Below are positions 50,737 through 60,272 of a stretch of DNA of 64,000 nt, in pieces (the stretch's first letter is position 1; each line of letters starts with the position of its first letter). The position numbers and the translations under genes were made by a program. The stretch comes from an uncultured Chromatiaceae bacterium (GTDB lineage: Bacteria > Pseudomonadota > Gammaproteobacteria > SZUA-140): contig CAZSAK010000012.1 of NCBI GenBank assembly GCA_964605155.1, positions 16,746 to 80,745 on the forward strand, in the 5' to 3' direction. The notes beneath the pieces are model-generated. The model saw nothing but the letters and a program-made list of their open reading frames with translations, made no database searches and was not told the origin of the DNA.

Positions 50737-51270
50737 TTGTTTGATGATATGAGTTCAGATGCCCGGCAGATAACCATCAATCCCACCCGCGAAGATTACC
50801 GGATTGCCTGGCTGACCGCGCTCGCCATTACCATACATATCGTGGAGAGCGCCCTGCCCAGTCCTGTACCAGGCATCAAACCGGGGCTCGCCAACGTCAT
50901 CACCATCGTGGTGTTGCTGATGTACGGCTGGCCGACCGCGGCATGGGTGGCAATGCTGCGGGTCGTCGTTGGCAGCCTCGTGATAGGTACCTTCCTGACA
51001 CCAACGTTCGTGCTCAGTTTTTCGGGAGCTGTCGCCAGCATCACGGTACTGGGTATCGGCTCACTGCTGCCCGGTAAGGGCCTGGGACCCATCGGTTACA
51101 GCCTCCTCGCCGCGATGGCGCACATGGCAACCCAGTTCACAGTCGCCTACCTGCTGTTCATACCTCACCCGGGCCTGTTCAAATTATTGCCCGTGTTGAT
51201 GACGGCATCCGTCGTTTTTGGTATTGTCAGTGGACTTGTAGTCAGCGCGATTATGAATCGCATACGTTAA
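50737..51270 (+). CDS. Gx-transporter-family membrane protein (heptaprenyl-diphosphate-synthase component I-like, PF07456)
   Basis: 177 aa with about five TM helices. The composition matches this family. It is co-operonic with apbE. Confidence 0.45.
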   Translation: MFDDMSSDARQITINPTREDYRIAWLTALAITIHIVESALPSPVPGIKPGLANVITIVVLLMYGWPTAAWVAMLRVVVGSLVIGTFLTPTFVLSFSGAVASITVLGIGSLLPGKGLGPIGYSLLAAMAHMATQFTVAYLLFIPHPGLFKLLPVLMTASVVFGIVSGLVVSAIMNRIR

Positions 51271-52163
51271 TGATGGCCGCTGTTTATCCGACTCCACCCA
51301 CCACACCGACATCGACCGACCGCCTTGGTCTGACCATTTTCTTTGCGGTTATCATCCACGCCATGATCATCCTCGGGATCACCTTCAGCCCTAAAGACCG
51401 CCAGGATGACGAGAAATCCCAGACGACGATGGAGATTACCCTGGTTCACCAGAAGAGCGATCATACCCCGGAAGAGGCTGAGTTACTGGCCCAGGCCAAC
51501 CTTGAAGGTGGCGGAATCAATGAACAAAAACTCCGCCCGACCAGCCCGACTTCGCAACCGGTAAACCTGACCGACACCGGCTTGTCGGCATCCATCAGTG
51601 TTGCCGCGTCACCCAGGGAAGATCAGCAGCACACCCCGCCGGTGCTGGCACAGGAAAACCCGGCAATGCAGCAGGTACAATCGCAACAAAGGTCTCCCCA
51701 GGAAACGGAAAACCTGCCCAGCAGTTCGGAACTGGCCGCCATGAACATGAAGATTGCCAATCTGAGCGCTGAGATCGACAAATCCTTACAGGCCTATTCA
51801 CAACGCCTGAAACATCGCTATATCTCATCTCGCACACGTGAATACCGTGACGCCGCCTATCTGGATGCCTGGCGTATGAAAATAGAGCGTATCGGTAATC
51901 TCAATTATCCGGAAGAAGCCAAACGGCAAAACCTTTCGGGTAGCCTGACACTGGATGTCGCCTTGGATGCGGACGGGACCGTCCACAGTATCAACCTGCG
52001 TCGCAGTTCCGGTCACAAGGTCCTTGACGACGCGGCCATACGTATTGTCAACCTGGCCGCACCGTTTGCCCCCTTCCCGGATGAATTACGCAAGGACACC
52101 GATGTGTTGCATATCACACGGACCTGGCAGTTTCTCAGCAGTAATCAGTTCCAAACCCAATAG
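51270..52163 (+). CDS. TonB C-terminal-domain protein
   Basis: It has an N-terminal TM anchor and a Pro/Ser/Thr-rich linker. The C-terminal TonB fold motif is YPEEAKRQNLSGSLTLDVALDADGTV...VNLAAPFAPFP. Confidence 0.7.
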   Translation: MMAAVYPTPPTTPTSTDRLGLTIFFAVIIHAMIILGITFSPKDRQDDEKSQTTMEITLVHQKSDHTPEEAELLAQANLEGGGINEQKLRPTSPTSQPVNLTDTGLSASISVAASPREDQQHTPPVLAQENPAMQQVQSQQRSPQETENLPSSSELAAMNMKIANLSAEIDKSLQAYSQRLKHRYISSRTREYRDAAYLDAWRMKIERIGNLNYPEEAKRQNLSGSLTLDVALDADGTVHSINLRRSSGHKVLDDAAIRIVNLAAPFAPFPDELRKDTDVLHITRTWQFLSSNQFQTQ

Positions 52164-52357
52164 CCTTGCTTAAAGAACCCTATGTAAATCAATTGGGTAT
52201 AGTCAGGGATGGATTGAAGGCGGTTTACAAGAAGGCGTGTAAGCCGGCTTTGCCAGGTTTCATCGCGGCAAGCAGGACTATCGTGTTCATTATTCCATGC
52301 CGCTCCGTACGGGATTGCCATTGCCAAGCATGGCATATTTGAGATAGGGTTCTTTAT

Positions 52358-52921
52358 ATGGCCGAGACCATGTCCCTCACTAATCAATTCCTGATCGCAA
52401 TGCCCACCCTGCAGGATCCTAACTTCATGCGCAGCGTTACATACATCTGCGAGCATAATGAAAACGGCTGCATGGGTATCATCATCAACCGACCGCTGGA
52501 TATTACATTGGGGGAAGTATTGCGTCAGCTGGAAATCCACGTGGATGATCCCGATATCTCCCATCAACCCGTGTATCTCGGGGGGCCGGTACAGAACGAA
52601 CGCGGATTTGTGATACATCGTCCGCACGGTGACTGGGAGGCCATACTCAAGGTCACCAGTGAAATCGGAATCACCTCATCGCGCGATATCCTGGCAGCTA
52701 TCGCGGAGGGCAAGGGCCCTGAAAAGAATCTCATCGCGCTTGGATACGCCGGCTGGGGTGCGGGACAACTTGAAAGCGAGATTGCCCAGAATGCCTGGTT
52801 GAGCACACCTGCAGACAACAGCATCATCTTCGAAGCACCGTTTGATAAACGCTGGGAAGCGGCCGTCGCCCTGGCGGGAATCGATCTCAACAAACTGTCC
52901 AGCGAGATCGGCCACGCATGA
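52358..52921 (+). CDS. YqgE/AlgH-family protein (UPF0301)
   Basis: The N-terminus LTNQFLIAMPTLQDPNFMRSVTYICEHNENG matches the family. 187 aa. Confidence 0.85.
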   Translation: MAETMSLTNQFLIAMPTLQDPNFMRSVTYICEHNENGCMGIIINRPLDITLGEVLRQLEIHVDDPDISHQPVYLGGPVQNERGFVIHRPHGDWEAILKVTSEIGITSSRDILAAIAEGKGPEKNLIALGYAGWGAGQLESEIAQNAWLSTPADNSIIFEAPFDKRWEAAVALAGIDLNKLSSEIGHA

Positions 52922-53373
52922 AGCAACATCGGACCTTGCTCGGGTTTGATTACGGAACAAAGAGGATTGGAATTGCTGTTGGACAGGAACTCACCTCCTC
53001 GTCATCCCCGCTTGAAACAATCCACAACAGAAAAAACGCGCCTGACTGGACGGCGATTGAAAAGCATATCCATAACTGGCGGGCCGACGCTTTGGTGGTA
53101 GGTATACCCTTCAGTATGGACGGCACGGAACATGCGTTGACACATGCCGCAAGACGTTTCGCGGCTGCGCTTGAAAAGCGCTATCATCTGCCGGTCTATA
53201 CCGTCGACGAACGTTTAACCTCCATCGAGGCGCAACATATAATCAGGGACATGGGCACATTGCCTCACAAGCTCAAACAGAAAAAAACCCTCATCGATCA
53301 GGTTGCCGCACGACTGATCCTAGATACCTATCTCAGCCAGCGTGGCATACAACATGACAAGAAGTGTGGCTGA
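52918..53373 (+). CDS. ruvX: Holliday-junction resolvase-like nuclease YqgF/RuvX
   Basis: The sequence LLGFDYGTKRIGIAVG matches. It overlaps the yqgE stop codon, and this yqgE-ruvX synteny is conserved. Confidence 0.88.
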   Translation: MKQHRTLLGFDYGTKRIGIAVGQELTSSSSPLETIHNRKNAPDWTAIEKHIHNWRADALVVGIPFSMDGTEHALTHAARRFAAALEKRYHLPVYTVDERLTSIEAQHIIRDMGTLPHKLKQKKTLIDQVAARLILDTYLSQRGIQHDKKCG

Positions 53374-53402
53374 AACATGACCGTAAAACAGAATGAACAA
53401 TC

Positions 53403-53924
53403 GTGAATAATCGAAATTTCGATGTCGACCAGATCATTGCCAATGTGGCCGGGCAATTGAGGTCGCATCTGGAAACTCACAATATCCCTGATCCGATCAT
53501 GATCGGTATCCACACAGGCGGTGTGTGGATTGCTCAGCGTCTGCATGAGTTGCTGACAATGAAGGAACCACTGGGTACGCTGGATATATCATTCTACCGC
53601 GACGATTTCACACGGGTCGGTGTGAATCCACAGGTCAAGCCGTCGCGTCTACCGCTCAATCTGGACGACCGGTATATCATCCTCGTAGATGACGTATTAT
53701 ACACCGGCCGTACCATCAGGGCGGCGTTGAATGAAATATTCGATTACGGCAGGCCGGCCGCAATTCTGCTTGTCGTTCTGGTCGAGCGTGGCGGCCGGGA
53801 ACTGCCCATCCAGGCCGATGTGGTTGGTACCCATGTCGAGTTGACTGAAGGGCACCATATCAAACTTCAGGGGCCCGAACCTTTGAGTCTGAAAGTTATT
53901 GACATGGATATGATGGAGAAATAA
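53403..53924 (+). CDS. pyrR: Pyrimidine operon regulator / uracil phosphoribosyltransferase
   Basis: The PRPP-binding motif ILVDDVLYTGRT is present. 173 aa and upstream of pyrB. Confidence 0.85.
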   Translation: MNNRNFDVDQIIANVAGQLRSHLETHNIPDPIMIGIHTGGVWIAQRLHELLTMKEPLGTLDISFYRDDFTRVGVNPQVKPSRLPLNLDDRYIILVDDVLYTGRTIRAALNEIFDYGRPAAILLVVLVERGGRELPIQADVVGTHVELTEGHHIKLQGPEPLSLKVIDMDMMEK

Positions 53925-53948
53925 ATTCCCGGCACACGCGATCAGTCT

Positions 53949-54932
53949 ATGAATAAATCCAATATCCAGCTCAATGAACAAGGCCGATTGCGTCATTTTC
54001 TTTCTATCGAAGGACTCAGCCGCTCATTATTGACGGATATTCTGAATACCGCAGAGTCCTTTACCAGCGTTACCGAACAGTCTGTCAAGAAAGTACCTCT
54101 ATTACGCGGCAAGACCATCGTCAACCTGTTCTTCGAATCCAGTACCCGCACAAGGACCACGTTTGAGCTTGCGGCCAAGCGGCTTTCGGCGGATGTGCTA
54201 AATATCAACATCAGTGTCTCCGCAACAAGCAAGGGTGAAACCTTGCTCGATACGATCCGTAATCTCGAGGCGATGCACTGCGATATGTTCATTGTCCGTC
54301 ATCCGCTCAGCGGAGCCGCGCATTTTATCGCCCGGTTTGCCGCACCCCATATCAGCATCATCAACGCGGGCGACGGCCGTCATTCCCACCCGACCCAGGC
54401 AATGCTCGATATGTTTACCATCAGGCGGCACAAGGGTGAATTTCATAAATTGCGCGTTGCCATCGTCGGGGACATATCACATTCCCGCGTCGCGCGCTCG
54501 CAGATACACGCCCTCAATATCCTTGGTGCCGAAGAGGTCCGGATTATCGGTCCCAAGACTCTCATACCGGCAGAGGCACACACTCTCGGTGTACATGTCT
54601 TTCATGACCTGCGCGAGGGGCTGCGCGATGTCGACGTGGTGATTATGCTGCGCATACAGAAAGAGCGTATGGAAGGTGCGTTTTTACCCAGCGAACATGA
54701 GTACTTTCAACTCTATGGCCTGACAGAAAAGAAGCTTGAACTGGCCAAACCTGACATCATTGTGATGCACCCCGGACCGATCAACCGTGGCGTCGAAATC
54801 GACTCGGTCGTGGCGGACGGCTCTCGGTCCCTGATACTGCAGCAGGTTACACATGGTATTGCGGTGCGCATGGCGGTAATGTCACTTGCGATGGGGCATT
54901 CATTCAGCGATACCGAACGGGAGGGTTCCTGA
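53949..54932 (+). CDS. pyrB: Aspartate carbamoyltransferase catalytic subunit
   Basis: The carbamoyl-phosphate-binding motif STRTR is present, as are HPTQ and the C-terminal HPGP. Confidence 0.92.
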   Translation: MNKSNIQLNEQGRLRHFLSIEGLSRSLLTDILNTAESFTSVTEQSVKKVPLLRGKTIVNLFFESSTRTRTTFELAAKRLSADVLNINISVSATSKGETLLDTIRNLEAMHCDMFIVRHPLSGAAHFIARFAAPHISIINAGDGRHSHPTQAMLDMFTIRRHKGEFHKLRVAIVGDISHSRVARSQIHALNILGAEEVRIIGPKTLIPAEAHTLGVHVFHDLREGLRDVDVVIMLRIQKERMEGAFLPSEHEYFQLYGLTEKKLELAKPDIIVMHPGPINRGVEIDSVVADGSRSLILQQVTHGIAVRMAVMSLAMGHSFSDTEREGS

Positions 54933-56227
54933 TGCGGATACGTATCTCCAACGGTCATGTCATCGATCCCGCAAACAACATCGATCGCGAGCAGGATATC
55001 TACATCGCCGATGGCAGGATTGTCGCCGTTGGCTCATCTCCCGACGGATTTACACCGGATAACGACATCGATGTAACCGATCACATTGTGTGTCCCGGCT
55101 TCGTGGATCTGCGGGCTCATTTCCGTGAACCGGGCCAGGAACACAAGGCGACCATTGCCAGTGAATCCCGTGCTGCGGCACGCGCCGGTGTAACCACGGT
55201 TTGCTGTCCGCCCGATACGGATCCCGTCATCGATACCCCGGCCGTTGCAAGTCTGATCCGTCGCCGTGCCGACGAGGTCGGCATGACACGCATCGTACCA
55301 CTGGGTGCCCTTACCCAAAAACTCCAGGGTCAGCAAATCAGCGAGATGAAGGCCCTTAAGGACGCAGGTTGCGTCGGTGTCAGTAATGCCATGTATCCAA
55401 TGGCGAGTCTGATTGAGTTGCGTCGTGCGATGGAATATGCGGCTACCCACGATCTGACGTTCTTCATACATGCCGAGGATGCTGCATTATCAAATCACGG
55501 CTGCGCACATGAAGGCGCGGTCGCCACGCGACTTGGCCTGCCCGGCATTCCGGAGGCCGCAGAGACCGTAGCCGTTGCCAGTTGTCTGGCGCTGATCGAA
55601 CAAATCGGAAACCGTGCCCATTTCAGCATGATAACCACCTCCCGTGCCGTACAAATGATCGCGCGCGCACAATTCGACGGATTGCCGATCACAGCGGATG
55701 TCACTGCGCATCATCTGCATTTGACTGAAATCGATATACTGGACTTTGACAGCATGTGTCACGTGCGACCGCCCTTGAGGACACAGCGCGACTGTGATGG
55801 CCTGCGCCATGGCCTGGCGAGAGGGACACTGGCGGCCGTCTGTTCCGACCATCAACCGCATGAACCGGATGCCAAGCTGGCACCTTTCAGTGCAACGGCT
55901 ACGGGCATCTCCGCACTGGAGACACTGTTGCCTCTCAGTTTACGCCTTGTCGATGACGGATTTATGCAGCTGTCCGATGTCATCGCACGGCTGACCTGCA
56001 TGCCGGCCCGGATTCTGGGGATCAACGCCGGTACACTAAGTCCTGGAGGCCCGGCGGATATCTGTATCTTTGATCCGCAACGTTACTGGACACTGACGAG
56101 ACACAATATTGTCAGTATGGGACATAATTCGCCTTTCATGGATTGGGAACTCAAGGGGCTAGTGACGCAAACACTGCTGGGGGGGAATATCGTCTTTACC
56201 AGTGACAAGGATGTGGTCAACGTATGA
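54932..56227 (+). CDS. Dihydroorotase-like protein (PyrC'-type, associated with ATCase)
   Basis: It has an amidohydrolase fold. Its stop codon overlaps the pyrB-adjacent start. The arrangement pyrR-pyrB-pyrC' is typical. Confidence 0.75.
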   Translation: MRIRISNGHVIDPANNIDREQDIYIADGRIVAVGSSPDGFTPDNDIDVTDHIVCPGFVDLRAHFREPGQEHKATIASESRAAARAGVTTVCCPPDTDPVIDTPAVASLIRRRADEVGMTRIVPLGALTQKLQGQQISEMKALKDAGCVGVSNAMYPMASLIELRRAMEYAATHDLTFFIHAEDAALSNHGCAHEGAVATRLGLPGIPEAAETVAVASCLALIEQIGNRAHFSMITTSRAVQMIARAQFDGLPITADVTAHHLHLTEIDILDFDSMCHVRPPLRTQRDCDGLRHGLARGTLAAVCSDHQPHEPDAKLAPFSATATGISALETLLPLSLRLVDDGFMQLSDVIARLTCMPARILGINAGTLSPGGPADICIFDPQRYWTLTRHNIVSMGHNSPFMDWELKGLVTQTLLGGNIVFTSDKDVVNV

Positions 56228-57105
56228 CAGGCCACCGCGATACCATCTACAGCGAGGATGCCGAGATACTTGAGCAACAATCCTATGCGGGCGATCAATA
56301 TATCATTCGGCTTCATGCCCCGTTGACCGCCGCTCACGCACGTCCAGGCAGCTTCGTGCATCTGCAGTGCAACAACATGCTGCCGATGCGCCGTCCATTA
56401 TCGATCATGCGGGCACATAAACAGGCGGGCTGGATAGAACTCATGTACCGGATCTTCGGCATGGGGACACACTTGCTCTCACAACGCATCACCGGCGAGC
56501 GTCTCAGCGTGCTTGGTCCGATCGGTAATTCATTTAACATACATCGTGAAAAAATCCGTCCCCTGTTGATCGGCGGTGGCGTTGGAATTCCACCAATGAT
56601 CTTTCTGGCGGATGAACTCCATGCCGACAAGGGCGGCTTCGAGCCATTGGTGCTGATGGGATCTGAAACTCCTTTTCCGTTCACCCCCCGCCCCTCCCAG
56701 ATCATGGTACCGGGCCTTCCAGATGGCGTTATTGCCGCCATGCCCCTGATGGAAGACTGGGGTATTGCCAGCCGCCTGGCGAGCATGCAGGGATTTGCGG
56801 GCTGCTTTGACGGCTATGTTACCGAACTGGCGCGCTCATGGCTCGAGGCGATGCCTAAGGAACAACTTTCAAAGGTCGAGGTATTTGCATGCGGGCCGCA
56901 TCCGATGCTCGAGGCCGTGGCGGTAATGGCCAGGGATTTCAACATTCCCTGTCAGATCTCCATGGAGGAGTTCATGGCATGTGCAGTAGGTGGTTGTGCG
57001 GGCTGTACGGTCAAGGTCACAACTGCGTCGGGGCCAGCCATGAAGCGGGTCTGTGTCGATGGCCCAGTGTTTGACGCCGCGTGTGTTTTTCCAGTTACGG
57101 CCTAA
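56224..57105 (+). CDS. PyrK-like FAD/NAD-binding [2Fe-2S] electron-transfer subunit (ferredoxin-NADP reductase-like)
   Basis: The FAD motif RPLSIM is present, as is the C-terminal Cys cluster CQISMEEFMACAVGGCAGC. Confidence 0.65.
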   Translation: MTGHRDTIYSEDAEILEQQSYAGDQYIIRLHAPLTAAHARPGSFVHLQCNNMLPMRRPLSIMRAHKQAGWIELMYRIFGMGTHLLSQRITGERLSVLGPIGNSFNIHREKIRPLLIGGGVGIPPMIFLADELHADKGGFEPLVLMGSETPFPFTPRPSQIMVPGLPDGVIAAMPLMEDWGIASRLASMQGFAGCFDGYVTELARSWLEAMPKEQLSKVEVFACGPHPMLEAVAVMARDFNIPCQISMEEFMACAVGGCAGCTVKVTTASGPAMKRVCVDGPVFDAACVFPVTA

Positions 57106-57163
57106 TATGATTGTACGGCCTAATATGATTGACAGCAGTGCCTGGCGGTAATTGCACGTCCAT

Positions 57164-58330
57164 TCATTTGAGCGGCTGCCGCCAGTTATCATTGCGTGGT
57201 TGGCGGTGCCCCTGTAAATCAAGCAGGGTGACTCCGTCAAGTGCAGAATAAAGGCTGGCTGCATCCTGTTTACCACCGAATCTGATCATCAACCTGACGT
57301 CATTGGGAGAATCTGCATTATGTATAGCGTCTTCCCGTGAGATCTTGCCGTTGCTGTACAGATCGTAAAGATCGTCATCGAAGGTCTTCATGCCGTACTG
57401 CGATGATTTGCGTATCACATCCTTGAGCAGATGGATATCGCCCTTTTGCAGGGTCGAGGCCACCAGGGGACTGGTGTGCAGTAGTTCGACTGCCGGACTG
57501 AGGCCAGACTGGCCAATTGTTGGTACAAGGCGCTGGGCGACAACCGCCCTCAGGTTCAGTGACAGATCCATCAATACCTGCTGGCGACGGTTGTTACCGA
57601 AAAGATTGATGATCCGTTCGATCGCCTGAACAGTGTTGTTAGCATGCAGTGTCGCCAGGCATAAATGACCGGCGTCGGCAAAGGCGATGGCATGTTCCAT
57701 CACCTCCCGTGTTCGGATTTCACCGATGACGACGACATCCGGTGCCTGGCGCAGACTGTTAACAAGGGCAGCCTCGACGGACTCTGTGTCAATGCCTATT
57801 TCACGCTGGGTAATGATACATCCCGCTGGCTCATGTACATACTCGATGGGATCCTCGATACAGACGATATGGTTGAGGCTGTTGCGGTTTCTGTGTCCAA
57901 CCAGGGCAGCCTGGGTGCTGGATTTGCCAGATCCAGTCGTCCCGGCGACAATGACCAGTCCCTGTTTGGCCATCGCCAGTTTCTTGAGCATGGGAGGCAA
58001 ACCGAGTTGTGCGAATGTCGGAATACTGGTTTCAATCCTGCGGATCACCATGCCGGTGTGATTCTGTTGTTGAAATACATTGACCCTGAAGCGCCCGATG
58101 CCCGCACGATTAATCGCGAAATTGCACTCCCTGTTGCCTTCAAACTCGTTCCGTTGATGTTTCGTCATCAGTTCGAAGACCAGCTTGCGGGTCTGCATCG
58201 CCGAAAGCCTGTTCCTGGAAATGGGCATAACGCTGCCGTTTATCTTGAGGCTGGGCGCAACACCGGAGGTCACAAACAGGTCGGAGGCCTTCTTGCTGAC
58301 CATGATTTTAAGGAGGGAATCGAGCGTCAT
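57164..58330 (-). CDS. Type IV pilus retraction ATPase (PilT/PilU family)
   Basis: It has the Walker A motif GTTGSGKSST and a PilT-type Asp/His box. 388 aa. Confidence 0.85.
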   Translation of the reverse strand: MTLDSLLKIMVSKKASDLFVTSGVAPSLKINGSVMPISRNRLSAMQTRKLVFELMTKHQRNEFEGNRECNFAINRAGIGRFRVNVFQQQNHTGMVIRRIETSIPTFAQLGLPPMLKKLAMAKQGLVIVAGTTGSGKSSTQAALVGHRNRNSLNHIVCIEDPIEYVHEPAGCIITQREIGIDTESVEAALVNSLRQAPDVVVIGEIRTREVMEHAIAFADAGHLCLATLHANNTVQAIERIINLFGNNRRQQVLMDLSLNLRAVVAQRLVPTIGQSGLSPAVELLHTSPLVASTLQKGDIHLLKDVIRKSSQYGMKTFDDDLYDLYSNGKISREDAIHNADSPNDVRLMIRFGGKQDAASLYSALDGVTLLDLQGHRQPRNDNWRQPLK

Positions 58331-58516
58331 TATTATTATGTATTATTGTATGAGCACTATGGTTATTTTAACGCTTTTTCGGGGTAATTTCCTCCCCTAA
58401 AATAAAAATATTAAAAACAATATGTAAGATTCACTTTCCCGTACCGACGGACAGTCATACGTAGCAAATGGTACCAGGCGCTCGAAAACAGCGTTTCAGA
58501 GGAGATGCAACAAGTG

Positions 58517-59974
58517 ATGAATGTGACGGGAATTACAGGCATGAAAAGACCTGAATTTGATATCTGTGTCATCGGTGGAGGTTCCGCCGGACTGGTGGTC
58601 GCTGCCGGTGGGGCGTCACTGGGAGCCAAGGTGGTCCTGGTTGAAAAAGATGCCCTGGGCGGCGATTGCCTGCATTACGGCTGCGTCCCAAGTAAGACCT
58701 TGTTGTACTCCGCCAAGGTGGCACACACGATACGTCATGCCCGACGCTACGGCATCGATTCGGCACCGCCCGCTGCGAGTATCAAGGATGTCATGCAACG
58801 CGTTGGTGATGTCATCAAGACCATCGAAGTCCACGATAGTCCAGAGCGGTTCCGGGGCATGGGTGTCGATGTCATATTCGGTGCAGGGAGGTTTGTTTCT
58901 ACCGATACCTTCCGGATAGATGACAGGGTCATATCGGCGAAGCACTTTGTCATCGCCACAGGATCCCGGCCTTCAATTCCGCCGATAGCTGGCCTCGATA
59001 CGGTCCCTTTTCTCACCAATGTCTCGGTTTTTTCGCTCGAAGAACCGGTACCGGAACTGGTTATCCTGGGAGGAGGCCCGATCGGTATTGAAATAGCCCA
59101 GGCATTCGTCCGCCTGGGTAGCAAGGTCACGGTCATACAACGCAACACACAAATACTGACAAAAGAGGATCAGGATCTCAGCGAGATTGTTAAACAGCGT
59201 CTTGAAGATGAAGGCGTTGAATTTCATCTCGGATCGACAACCCAACGTATAAGTGGCTTGGCAGGCGAGATCGAACTGACACTCGCGGCAAAAGACGGTC
59301 AACAGCGATCCATCAAGGGTACTCATCTGCTGGTAGCGACCGGTCGCAAGGCCAACAGTGAGGGACTCGGCCTGGAAAATGCGCAGGTCCGGACACAAAA
59401 CGGCCGCATCATGACGGATAATCGATTACGCACGACAAACCGTCGTATCTTCGCCTGCGGTGACATCGTAGGACCCTACCTGTTCACGCATATGGCGGAA
59501 CATCACGCCGGTGTTGTATTGCGAAATACCCTGTTTAAGCTGCCGGCCAAAATCGAGCAACGTGTCATCCCGTGGTGTACCTTTACCGATCCTGAACTGG
59601 CGCGTACAGGACTGTCAGAGACCGAAGCACAACAACTCGGCATCCGACATAAGGTCTACACGTTTCCATTCAGGGATATCGATCGTGCCCAGACTGAAGG
59701 TGAAACCGATGGAATCGCCAAGATCATCACCGACCTGAAAGGCAGATTACTGGGCGCAGCAATGGTAGGTCCCAACGCGGGTGAACTGATCCATGAATAC
59801 ATCATCGCAATCGCCAAACGCATGAAGGCATCCGACCTGTCAGGTATTATTCATATCTACCCGACGCTGGCGCAGATCAACCGCCGCGTGGCAGATGCGC
59901 GCATGAAAGAGGGCTTGACCCCGGGTGTCAGAAAATGGATCAAACGGATTTTTCGTTTACGCGGCACCTGGTGA
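58517..59974 (+). CDS. Class I pyridine-nucleotide-disulfide oxidoreductase (dihydrolipoyl-dehydrogenase / mercuric-reductase-like flavoprotein)
   Basis: It has the FAD motif ICVIGGGSAGL and the redox-active disulfide GGDCLHYGCVPSK. A C-terminal dimerisation domain with HAHPTL-like HIYPTL is present. Confidence 0.8.
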   Translation: MNVTGITGMKRPEFDICVIGGGSAGLVVAAGGASLGAKVVLVEKDALGGDCLHYGCVPSKTLLYSAKVAHTIRHARRYGIDSAPPAASIKDVMQRVGDVIKTIEVHDSPERFRGMGVDVIFGAGRFVSTDTFRIDDRVISAKHFVIATGSRPSIPPIAGLDTVPFLTNVSVFSLEEPVPELVILGGGPIGIEIAQAFVRLGSKVTVIQRNTQILTKEDQDLSEIVKQRLEDEGVEFHLGSTTQRISGLAGEIELTLAAKDGQQRSIKGTHLLVATGRKANSEGLGLENAQVRTQNGRIMTDNRLRTTNRRIFACGDIVGPYLFTHMAEHHAGVVLRNTLFKLPAKIEQRVIPWCTFTDPELARTGLSETEAQQLGIRHKVYTFPFRDIDRAQTEGETDGIAKIITDLKGRLLGAAMVGPNAGELIHEYIIAIAKRMKASDLSGIIHIYPTLAQINRRVADARMKEGLTPGVRKWIKRIFRLRGTW

Positions 59975-60272
59975 AATGCTCGAGGTTACACATAATTGAC
60001 ATGCTCATCACACCTTGCCAATCGTAACGACTCAGACTCAGGGCACATTTCTTGATCCGCAGGATGTGCAGCCGTTACACGCGGCAACTGGAATTCATTT
60101 CAACCACCATGCGCAGCTATATGCAAGATGCCGAAATATCGCATCTTGCATCCCCCTGCTCGTCGCAGCAAGCACGTAAACGCCTAGTAAATTGAAGGAA
60201 CAGAAATGGATGAACTCGATTGATTATCGGCACGGAACATGCCCCCATACGGTACTGGTTTACGGCCTGTAA

